From contig NZ_CP195536.1 of NCBI RefSeq assembly GCF_051307035.1, positions 2,700,001 through 2,732,000 on the forward strand: a stretch of 32,000 bases of DNA. The letters are read 5' to 3'. Positions 1 to 7,910 of the stretch are shown piece after piece. The stretch comes from Psychrobacter sp. DM4. GTDB lineage: Bacteria > Pseudomonadota > Gammaproteobacteria > Pseudomonadales > Moraxellaceae. Within the stretch, counting starts at the first letter, position 1, and each line of letters begins with the position of its first letter. A program made the position numbers and the translations under genes. The notes under the pieces were generated by a model. That model searched no databases, was not told the DNA's origin, and worked only from the letters and a program-made list of their open reading frames with translations.

Positions 1-408
1 GATGCCATTGCCGATAAGTTTGCTGACTTGGACAAACCCGCTCAAGAGGCGGTGACCCACTGGCGACGTTTGGCGCAAGTTGAGCTGCCCTTTGCGGTAT
101 CTAAAAAGCATAACACGAGTCGCTATAGCCTTGTGCGCTTGACACCCGAGACGGGGCGCAAGCATCAATTGCGTCGGCACATGAGACATATATTCCATCA
201 CATCGTGGGTGATACTAGCCACGGCGATATACGGCACACACGATTTTTTCGCACTCACTATGACTGTACACGCATGCTGCTGCATGCTCAGACGTTAGCG
301 CTCAGCCATCCTGTCACTGGTGAGCGCTTGCTCCTGAAAGCAAGATTGGATGAGCAGTGGATGCGTATTTTGGAAGCGTTTAATTGGGTGGAGAGTGTTG
401 AGGGTTAA
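1..408 (+). CDS. truC: tRNA pseudouridine synthase TruC, C-terminal part (5' end lies outside the window)
   Basis: The frame is open from base 1. The string ETGRKHQLRRHMRHIFHHIVGDTSHGD...MLLHAQTLALSHPVTGERL is collinear with E. coli TruC as I remember it (GRKHQLRRHL.H..HPIIGD..HGD ... LMLHA..L.L.HP.TGE.L). Confidence 0.8.
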   Translation, partial: DAIADKFADLDKPAQEAVTHWRRLAQVELPFAVSKKHNTSRYSLVRLTPETGRKHQLRRHMRHIFHHIVGDTSHGDIRHTRFFRTHYDCTRMLLHAQTLALSHPVTGERLLLKARLDEQWMRILEAFNWVESVEG

Positions 409-619
409 ATTTATCTGAAATAGTCAGTGAAAAAAGTTAAAATACCGCTGCTAGAGGTTCGGTTCCCTAGTGAGGACTTGAACACGGAACCTAAGTTATT
501 GATATTAAATTTTTTATATATTGATGGTCGCTGTCAATGTACTTGTGAGTGTAATTATTGTGATTAACTCGAAGGTTTTTTGACTTGATTCATTCTTTTA
601 TTATCCTTAAAGCTACTTA

Positions 620-742
620 CTAGACAGAATGTAAAATCACTAGATAGCCTTGATAAAGAATATATAGCCCAACACCAAGAGCCAAAAATAGCACAGCTAT
701 CAAGGACAATAGAATTATCTTGCTACTTTTTTTCATTTTCAT
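620..742 (-). CDS. Possible small hydrophobic membrane peptide, below the ORF-track size cut-off (MKMKKSSKIILLSLIAVLFLALGVGLYILYQGYLVILHSV; 40 aa from ATG 742, 38 aa from ATG 736)
   Basis: Hand translation of the minus strand. It has a lysine-rich N-terminus followed by one clear TM-length hydrophobic run. A weak GAGAG lies 6 nt before the second ATG. No homology evidence. Confidence 0.25.
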   Translation of the reverse strand: MKMKKSSKIILLSLIAVLFLALGVGLYILYQGYLVILHSV

Positions 743-932
743 CTCTCAAAGCCTAGCTAAGGCTTTTTATGTCTGTTTTGACGTTCAATATCATGGCGAG
801 GGTGTGCCGTTCTTAACGTCCAACTTTGGGTAATGGATATATCGTTCAATCTTGCGCCTATCTCATAAAATCGTGGTTGGTGCGCTATACAGGCATCGAA
901 CCTTCGGCTATTTCTTCCTTATTTATAAAGAG

Positions 933-1385
933 CTAATCACGATTATAAAACCAACCTTTTCCTTCAAAAACTATCGTATCATCATCAAAGTAAACTTTAT
1001 CAATCTGATTGATGGTAAATCCAGTCTTTATATCGTCTTTTTTTCCAATATACGGAGTATCGAAAAAAGGGGGTAGTACCAGTAAGCTTGCGTACTCACT
1101 TACTAGTTCTAAGAAATAACTAGGCTGTTCTTCCAGTAGATCTCTTATGAATGGGTAATTTAATTCATAAAGAAATAAAATATCAGGTTCTTCTTGATCT
1201 TTATCATCTATGTGACACTCCATGATAAAGTCATTAATTATACTTTCCGTTCTTGCTAAAAAATCCTCGATACTTTCTTTCCAGATGAAACCACATGAGT
1301 TTTCACCTAGATCATCTCTTCCGAAACCTAATGAACGTTTCCTAACGTGAGAAATATCTATTTTATTATTTTCAACTTTAAACAT
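933..1385 (-). CDS. Hypothetical acidic cytoplasmic protein (about 150 aa), ORFan-like, in an AT-rich patch
   Basis: ORF-track 933..1391 begins at a TTG. The ATG at 1385 is preceded by GAGGAG plus a 6-nt spacer, which is a very good SD. The protein is rich in D/E and I recognise no family motif. Confidence 0.6.
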   Translation of the reverse strand: MFKVENNKIDISHVRKRSLGFGRDDLGENSCGFIWKESIEDFLARTESIINDFIMECHIDDKDQEEPDILFLYELNYPFIRDLLEEQPSYFLELVSEYASLLVLPPFFDTPYIGKKDDIKTGFTINQIDKVYFDDDTIVFEGKGWFYNRD

Positions 1386-1738
1386 TTTCAACTCCTCACT
1401 TTAGCAAGCGTTTTTTTAGTGCTGAATAAATTGAACCCAAGACCCGTTATCACGAAAATAAATCACTTAATTCTCCCAAAAACTTTACCACCATGGATAC
1501 TAGATTTAAGCTCAGCTGCTGGACTAACTAAGCAAACCTTATTCAGATCAGTACGTACAAAGGGTATACCCCACCGGAACCAGCTATTTCACCCTTTAAA
1601 CCTATTAATAGACCACTTAAAACAGACTGGTATAATGGAACCATTTATAACGGACTACTAAGCCAGACATGATTCTCCGCATTAAGCACTACCATGCTGT
1701 TCATGACCTTTATATTTTAAATACACCAATACAGCTAA

Positions 1739-2572
1739 TTAAAATAACCCTTTATAAAGAAAATAAAACCCCACTACGAATAACAATAGCGAAAAGCATT
1801 TCTTTAACAGCTCTGGCGATAAGATATGCGCGACTTTTGCCCCGACTTTTGCGGTAAAAAAGCTCATACTTGCAATCCCTAAAAAGGCATAAATATGGAC
1901 AAAGCCAATGGTATTGGGCACATCGACTTGTTGCTGCATGCCAAAGAACATAAACCCTAGCGCGCCAGCAATAGCAATCGGCAGACCACACGCTGCTGAC
2001 GTACCCACTGCTTTTTGCATGACCACGTTATAGCGCGTGAGATACGGCACCGTTAAACTGCCACCACCAATACCGAAGATGGCAGAAGCGATACCGATAA
2101 CGCCACCTGCCGCTAGTTGTTTAGGTTTTGACGGTAGCTCTATCTGAGCATATTCAAGACCACTAATATTATCAGTCTGACTAGCGACCTTTTTTTTGTC
2201 ACCCACAAACATCTTTTGGGCGACCCACAACAAAAATACGCCAACGATAAGCTGAAGATATAGCCCTGAGATTTGCCCTGCTATTCCTGCACCCAAAAAA
2301 CACCCCAGCGCTAATCCTGGCGCTAGATTTTTGAACACAGGCCACATCACCGCGCCCTTTTTATTGTGCGCCATCAGCGAGCTGATTGAGGTCACAATAA
2401 TAGTTGCAAGCGAGGTGCCTAGCGCTAGATGCATGATATTGTCAGGGCTGTAACCCATTTGCGTAAAAACGATAAACAGTAGAGGTACGATGATAGTGCC
2501 ACCGCCCACGCCAAATAGCCCCGCAGCAAATCCTGCTAGCGCGCCTATTACCAAAAATATAAGTATTTCCAC
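1739..2572 (-). CDS. TSUP (TauE/SafE, YfcA-like) family anion exporter
   Basis: A polytopic protein with the duplicated G-rich TSUP signatures (GLFGVGGGTIIVPLL near the N-terminus, IFGIGGGSLTVPYL in the second half). Confidence 0.85.
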   Translation of the reverse strand: MEILIFLVIGALAGFAAGLFGVGGGTIIVPLLFIVFTQMGYSPDNIMHLALGTSLATIIVTSISSLMAHNKKGAVMWPVFKNLAPGLALGCFLGAGIAGQISGLYLQLIVGVFLLWVAQKMFVGDKKKVASQTDNISGLEYAQIELPSKPKQLAAGGVIGIASAIFGIGGGSLTVPYLTRYNVVMQKAVGTSAACGLPIAIAGALGFMFFGMQQQVDVPNTIGFVHIYAFLGIASMSFFTAKVGAKVAHILSPELLKKCFSLLLFVVGFYFLYKGLF

Positions 2573-2642
2573 AGGATGATGACTTCTTAGTTAAAGGAGT
2601 GAAGAATGATCTGTCTCATGGACAGCTGAGTTGAGCGTAAAT

Positions 2643-3155
2643 TTAAGCTATTTCTACTTGAGCCACTTGACCCACTTGATGATAGGCGCGGTTAAAGTAA
2701 ACCAAGCTCTCCTGTTGCACGTCATGTGGTTCAGCGTGCTTGATACCGACGACGCGGCACATAAACACGCTATGCGTACCCACTTCCTGAATATGCTCAA
2801 TCTCACAGTCAAAGCTGACCACTGCATCTTCTAGAATAGGAGAGCCTGTTACTAGCTGAGTCCAAGCACCCTGCGCAAACCTGTCTTGAGTGCTCAATTT
2901 AGAGGCAAAAGCGTTAGAAATCGATTCATGCTGCGCGCCCAATACATTGACGCTCATAATTCTATTATCTACAAAATACCCATGCGAGCGTGCCGCCTGA
3001 TTCATACAAACCAGTAAAGTCGGCGGGGTATCGGTGACGCTACATACCGCTGATGCCGTAAACCCATGTACGCCAGAGTCGCCTTTGGTAGTGACGACAT
3101 TGACCGCAGTTGTGAGCAAAGACATGGCATCTCTAAATTCAGTGGCTTCAATCAT
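2643..3155 (-). CDS. Flavin reductase (Flavin_Reduct domain, HpaC/RutF-like NAD(P)H:flavin oxidoreductase)
   Basis: FRDAMSLLTTAVNVVTT...GFTASAVCSVTDTPPTLLVCMN is the classic flavin-reductase-domain signature. I prefer the internal ATG at 3155 (GAGGA 8 nt upstream) over the track start at 3200. Confidence 0.85.
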   Translation of the reverse strand: MIEATEFRDAMSLLTTAVNVVTTKGDSGVHGFTASAVCSVTDTPPTLLVCMNQAARSHGYFVDNRIMSVNVLGAQHESISNAFASKLSTQDRFAQGAWTQLVTGSPILEDAVVSFDCEIEHIQEVGTHSVFMCRVVGIKHAEPHDVQQESLVYFNRAYHQVGQVAQVEIA

Positions 3156-3269
3156 AGGTTCTATCCTCGCTGCAATTTTAAATATTAAATCTATCAGCAA
3201 ACTTATATCGTTATGCTGATAACTGAGGCCACTCCAGCACGTAAACGAGCCAGAGCTCGTTAACAGATC

Positions 3270-4298
3270 CTAAGCGCTTAACTCATTACGAACGATTGTC
3301 GCACCTGCACTTAATGCGGCAAGCTTACCTCGTGCAACGAAGCGCGGCAGAGGTGCCATGCCGCAATTGGTCGACGGATAGAGCTTATCAGCATCAACGA
3401 ACTGTAGGGCTTTGCGTAGCGTATCAGCCACCATTTCAGGGGTCTCAATAGTATTGGTGGCGACATCAATCGCACCGACCATCACCTTTTTACCGCGAAT
3501 GAGTTCAATCAGCTCCATGGGCACATGCGAGTTTTGACACTCGAGTGAGACGATATCAATCGCTGATTGCTGTAATTTAGGAAAGGCTTGCTCGTATTGA
3601 CGCCACTCCGAACCCAGTGTTTTTTTCCAATCGTTGTTGGCTTTGATACCATAGCCATAACAGATATGCACTGCGGTCTCACATTTAAGACCTTCGATAG
3701 CACGCTCTAAGGTGGCAATACCCCAGTCGTTGACATCATCGAAGAATACATTAAAGGCAGGTTCATCAAATTGAATGATATCCACACCAGCCGCTTCCAA
3801 CTCGCGCGCCTCTTCATTCAAAATTTTGGCAAATTCCCAAGCCAACTTTTCACGGCTTTTATAATGATCATCATACAGCGTATCTATCATCGTCATCGGA
3901 CCGGGTAGCGCCCATTTAATCGGCTGATCGGTCTGCGCGCGCAAGAATTTGGCATCATCAACGAATACGGCTTTGGGTCGACTCACCGCGTCCACCACTG
4001 TCGGCACACTCGCCTCATAGCGATCGCGAATTTTAACGGTTTTACGCCTCTCAAAGTCCACACCATCGAGATGTTCGATAAAGGTCGTCACAAAGTGCTG
4101 ACGGGTCTGCTCGCCATCACTGACGATATCTATGCCTGCGTGTCTTTGTTCTTGCAAAGTCAGACGTAGCGCATCTTGTTTGGCTTCAAACAGCTTCTCG
4201 CCTTCTACTGCCCAAGGCGACCAAATTTTTTCAGGTTCCGCTAGCCAAGAGGGTTTTGGTAAGCTGCCTGCGGTTGAGGTGGGTAATAATAATGTCAT
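3270..4298 (-). CDS. mesD: Core (C-terminal-domain-only) cobalamin-independent methionine synthase, MesD-type
   Basis: Carries Meth_synt_2 hallmarks: GSLPKP, SDGEQTR, IQFDEPA. The Zn-ligand pattern is also present: VHICYG (His-x-Cys), SLECQ (Glu), STNCGM (Cys). At 342 aa it lacks the MetE N-terminal folate-binding half. It sits directly downstream of a DUF1852 gene. Confidence 0.8.
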   Translation of the reverse strand: MTLLLPTSTAGSLPKPSWLAEPEKIWSPWAVEGEKLFEAKQDALRLTLQEQRHAGIDIVSDGEQTRQHFVTTFIEHLDGVDFERRKTVKIRDRYEASVPTVVDAVSRPKAVFVDDAKFLRAQTDQPIKWALPGPMTMIDTLYDDHYKSREKLAWEFAKILNEEARELEAAGVDIIQFDEPAFNVFFDDVNDWGIATLERAIEGLKCETAVHICYGYGIKANNDWKKTLGSEWRQYEQAFPKLQQSAIDIVSLECQNSHVPMELIELIRGKKVMVGAIDVATNTIETPEMVADTLRKALQFVDADKLYPSTNCGMAPLPRFVARGKLAALSAGATIVRNELSA

Positions 4299-4331
4299 AA
4301 AATTTATGTTCTCTATTTTTTATTTAAACTT

Positions 4332-5348
4332 TTAGGCCGCTTGTTTTTTCACACTATCATTGTCCAGCACAAAGTCTGCTGCCCATTTATCAAGAATAAC
4401 TTGATACGGTTTGATAAATTCTTCTTGAGTGAATTTGCCTTGCGTCACTGCCATCTGACTACGCTCAGCGCGATCATAGACAATTTGCGTGAGTGAATAA
4501 TCTTGGTACTTGAGGCTTGGCTGATACACCTGCGCGGCGATAGAGTTGGCATTATAAATCTCAGGGCGATAGATCTTTTGAAAGGTTTCCATCGTCGCAA
4601 TCGCACTGATCAGCTCAAGATCGCTGTAATGACTGAGCAAGTCACTCGCAAAATAGAACGCTAATGGCGCGACACTACCGACAGGCATAAAGTAACGCAC
4701 GCTCAAGCCCATCTTATGAAAGTAAGCATCGGTTAATGATTTATCATGCAAAGCGTCTTGTCTATACTCTACGCCTAGTACGGGATGCTGATTACCCGTA
4801 CGCTCATAAGTCTTAGAGCTTGAGACGCTCAGGCAAATCACGGGCGGCTTATCGAACTGACTACGGTAGGCCTCTGAGCGCACTAAATGCTGAAACAATT
4901 TGCCATGCAAATCACCAAAATCATCCGGCGTTAGTGACCCTAGATCTTTATCGGCATGCTCTGGCAGTACTACGCTAAAGTCATAATCACGCACATAGGA
5001 TGAGAAGCTATTACCAATCATACCGTTGATACGCGCGCCTGTCTTGTGATCAATAATGGTCGTTTTTAGAGTTTCGATAACGGGAAAGGTACATCCATCG
5101 TCATTAATATCCAAGTTTGCTGAGATAATATCAACCTCAACCGCATAACGATCAGCAGTGGGATTATCCCAATGCGCCAAAGCATTAAAACGATTATTGA
5201 TCATAGCCAAGGTGTTGCGTAAGTTCTCTTGACGATGTTCGCCTCGTGCTAGATTGGCAAAGTTGGTCGTCAGACGTGTGCTATCTGCGGGCTGATAGTT
5301 CTCATCAAAGCGTATGCTTGATATGGAATAGGTAAATGCTTGACTCAT
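4332..5348 (-). CDS. mesX: DUF1852 protein (MesX-type partner of MesD)
   Basis: N-terminal FDENYQP..TRLTTNFANLARGEHRQENLRN...NRFNALAHWDNP matches my memory of the DUF1852 signature. I prefer the start at ATG 5348 (AAGGGG 6 nt upstream) over the track start at 5417. Confidence 0.75.
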   Translation of the reverse strand: MSQAFTYSISSIRFDENYQPADSTRLTTNFANLARGEHRQENLRNTLAMINNRFNALAHWDNPTADRYAVEVDIISANLDINDDGCTFPVIETLKTTIIDHKTGARINGMIGNSFSSYVRDYDFSVVLPEHADKDLGSLTPDDFGDLHGKLFQHLVRSEAYRSQFDKPPVICLSVSSSKTYERTGNQHPVLGVEYRQDALHDKSLTDAYFHKMGLSVRYFMPVGSVAPLAFYFASDLLSHYSDLELISAIATMETFQKIYRPEIYNANSIAAQVYQPSLKYQDYSLTQIVYDRAERSQMAVTQGKFTQEEFIKPYQVILDKWAADFVLDNDSVKKQAA

Positions 5349-5463
5349 GATAATCCCCTTACTCACTCTACTCTTATGATCTAAGATAAAGTCAATTTGT
5401 TGTATGGAATAGATCATACCTAAAGCACGACATGAATAAAAACGATAGTATTTAAATATAAGA

Positions 5464-5476
5464 TGAATTTAATTCA
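5464..5476. promoter_or_regulatory. MetR-type operator candidate TGAATTTAATTCA (TGAA-N5-TTCA)
   Basis: A perfect dyad that fits the E. coli/Salmonella MetR consensus TGAAnn(t/a)nnTTCA. It is centred about 120 bp upstream of the mesX start codon. Confidence 0.35.
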
Positions 5477-5538
5477 TGATAAAAAAGTCAAGGTATAAGA
5501 GAATAATAGACGTATTTATAATGAGTCATTTGCATGCC

Positions 5539-5570
5539 AAAAAAGGCAGAACTTTGCACTGTCCTCTGCC
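5539..5570 (-). terminator. Intrinsic terminator candidate downstream of the 5602..6411 gene
   Basis: GGCAGA / TCTGCC stem (6 bp, 14-nt loop). On the minus strand it is followed by a run of six T, about 30 nt after the stop codon. Confidence 0.5.
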
Positions 5571-5601
5571 TGTCTTTTTAATAAACAATGGATGATCTAT
5601 G

Positions 5602-6411
5602 TTAATTTCTACTAGGCGGGAATATAGCATAGCGATTTTTATAAAAGGTATAGCCCGTCAAAGCTATCAATACAGCAATGCCAAGCAGTAAGACAATTTG
5701 AATAATAGACGCCATTGAGGGCGCAATTGAACCGTTAGTGTAGGCGCTATAGATACCGAAAAATGCCCACGCTACGGCAACGGGGAAGACAGCATTGCGA
5801 TAGCGTCGTACATATCCTAAGACGACAGCGACTATGAGTACCAATACTACAATCGTCCAAACTGAGGGTGAAATTCCAAATCCCTCCCACTTTTGCTGTA
5901 CCGCAAAGATAGCACTATTTAAAATAGTCGCGACAAACACCCAAGACCCATAAAGCGTAAAAGCGGTTCCTGCTAACGTAGATATCATGCCAGCTCGAGC
6001 GTTATAAATTCTATGGACGATACTTAACAGAGATATTAATATACCTATTATAAAAAGAGTTGAAAGCCCTACTCTCTCATAAGAAAAAGCCACAATCCAT
6101 GCCATGTTGAATAAACTACTGACCACGAATAAGCCAGATACCAGTCCGATAAGTTTAGCGACTTTTGGATCTTTTCTCTTTAGAAATAAAGCCACGAGTG
6201 TCACAAATACAAGCGTATAAATGACGCCCCAAATCGAGAACGCAAAACCATTCGGAGTCAGTAAAGTTTGATATTTACTTGAGACCGCCGCCTGTCCCAT
6301 GTTATTGAAAAATCCAGACGCGCCTAAATAATTAAAGCCTAAAGTCGCAAAAAAAACCAGTAGATTGATAACCGTCCACACGGTAGCTCGTTTGGAGTCT
6401 GACTCATTCAT
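5602..6411 (-). CDS. Polytopic inner-membrane protein, possibly TspO/MBR-related (family call uncertain)
   Basis: 269 aa that are almost entirely hydrophobic helices. The Trp/Tyr-rich segment LTPNGFAFSIWGVIYTLVF resembles the TspO/MBR-like family signature. Coding status is strong; the family assignment is weak. Confidence 0.65.
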   Translation of the reverse strand: MNESDSKRATVWTVINLLVFFATLGFNYLGASGFFNNMGQAAVSSKYQTLLTPNGFAFSIWGVIYTLVFVTLVALFLKRKDPKVAKLIGLVSGLFVVSSLFNMAWIVAFSYERVGLSTLFIIGILISLLSIVHRIYNARAGMISTLAGTAFTLYGSWVFVATILNSAIFAVQQKWEGFGISPSVWTIVVLVLIVAVVLGYVRRYRNAVFPVAVAWAFFGIYSAYTNGSIAPSMASIIQIVLLLGIAVLIALTGYTFYKNRYAIFPPSRN

Positions 6412-6751
6412 TGTTTATAATTCCTCTTAGGATGAAGCGCTTGCAAAAATATATCGACATTCAAAGTATTTGAATTAGAGTAACTTTCTTTATACTACCT
6501 ACAAACACACGATCTACGTTATAACTATAAAGTGCTAAGAACAAAACAATTCATCTACCGCCTTTGGTCGTTTTTTCTTGTTATCTATAGCCGTTATCCT
6601 TGTTACACTCGTTCCTTTAGGATTTATCGCAGTATTTGTCATCAGCATAACAGACGTTGCCTTGACGTTTGGACTGATCAGCTCTTTAAATAGGGTACAA
6701 CGAATCAACACTCTTATGAGTCTAACTATTAACCATGGGTAAAAAAGGTAT

Positions 6752-7738
6752 ATGACACATTCAGAGGATACTTGTCTTTTCGATCTAATCCCTCAAAGCA
6801 TTGAGAATAGCATTGAAAACAATGATATAAATCAGGATGAAGAACCTATTACTGACTTTAGCGTTACCGATATCTCTAAAGATATAATCCGTAAGCAAAT
6901 GCCCGATATTGTTGACCTATTACTCATTGATAGGACGACTTCTACGCCTAAGCAAAAGAGAAATATAATCTGGGCTACTGAGAGTTATATTCAACATGGC
7001 AAAAACTATGCTGCAACCTCTCAAATTAAGCTAGATTTAATCACTGGTGATAGGGAGCAAATCATTATACCTAGGGCTCTAAAATCGCAGCAGATACAAC
7101 AGCAGCGCACCCGATCAAAGGCTGAGGTATTTACGCCAACATGGATAGTAAAAAAACAAAATGATGTTATAGATTCTAATTACCTTGACGATGACCTAGC
7201 AACTTATGTGAAGCGTAAGTGGTTGGAGCTAACCTGCGGTGAGGCGCCATACATGGTAAGTCGCTACGATATGGAAACCGGAGAAATCATCAATCTAGTA
7301 GATAGAGTCGGTTTTGTTGACCGCAAACTTCAAAGGATCAATGCTGAAATTGACGATAAGACAGAGTGGCAGCTCAGGGTCAAAGACGCTTACCAATCAA
7401 GTTATGGCTTTGAATGGAGCGGAGACTCATTGCTGTTGGCTCGTGAAAACCTACTCTACACTTACCGAGATTATTATGTTGCTAAGTGGTTTAAAAACCC
7501 TACTCATAGTCTACTCAAACAAGTCGCAGAAATCATCAGCTACAATGTCTTTCAGATGGATGGCTTGCAGTACATTATTCCATTATCTGGCAAACAAGAA
7601 AAAACGATTAAAAATCAGCTCGCGTTTTTTGATGACGAAAGCACTGAAAATCAAGCGATAGTAGAGTCAGGTAAACGGGTAAAAATCATGAACTGGGAAA
7701 CAAAAGAGATGGAATTTTTTGATGAAGAGTTCGAGTAA
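6752..7738 (+). CDS. N-terminal 'half' of a gamma-class N6-adenine DNA methyltransferase-like protein (motif X, atypical motif I, motif II/III; no NPPY)
   Basis: The motif order is KAEVFTPTWIV (motif X-like), then LELTCGEAPYM where ExxxGxGxF is expected, then YGFEWSGDSLLLARENL, then NVFQMDGL. There is no (D/N)PP(Y/F/W) anywhere in the 328 aa. Confidence 0.7.
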   Translation: MTHSEDTCLFDLIPQSIENSIENNDINQDEEPITDFSVTDISKDIIRKQMPDIVDLLLIDRTTSTPKQKRNIIWATESYIQHGKNYAATSQIKLDLITGDREQIIIPRALKSQQIQQQRTRSKAEVFTPTWIVKKQNDVIDSNYLDDDLATYVKRKWLELTCGEAPYMVSRYDMETGEIINLVDRVGFVDRKLQRINAEIDDKTEWQLRVKDAYQSSYGFEWSGDSLLLARENLLYTYRDYYVAKWFKNPTHSLLKQVAEIISYNVFQMDGLQYIIPLSGKQEKTIKNQLAFFDDESTENQAIVESGKRVKIMNWETKEMEFFDEEFE

Positions 7739-7910
7739 TAGGTAATAGTATGCTTTGGTTAAAATAACAGAATCAATGTATCTGCATGCTCACTTGCATA
7801 GTACGACTAAGATCTTGGACTATCAGCGACTCATTAAAGGATCGTCCATTACAAACAAGGTAAGGCTCGTTTTTTAAAAGACTCAATGACCTTTTTGGAG
7901 AATATGAACA

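Noticed and set aside
453-472. The T-arm-like string CTAGAGGTTCGGTTCCCTAG just after truC could be a tRNA fragment.
   Set aside because: The loop TTCGGTT lacks the near-invariant A58. No acceptor or CCA context follows. It is more simply a small hairpin downstream of truC.
852-1857. Plus-strand ORFs 852..1076, 1347..1661 and 1669..1857 lie in the AT-rich block.
   Set aside because: They overlap the better-supported minus-strand ORFan or TSUP gene, or lie in AT-rich DNA where stop-free runs arise easily. They have no SD and implausible composition.
6539-6742. A stop-free hydrophobic frame (…AFGRFFLLSIAVILVTLVPLGFIAVFVISITDVALTFGLISSL…) lies just upstream of the first methyltransferase-like gene.
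   Set aside because: It has no ATG, apart from one near its end. Only an unsupported TTG with no SD is available. It could be a remnant of a disrupted membrane gene, but I cannot support a feature call.
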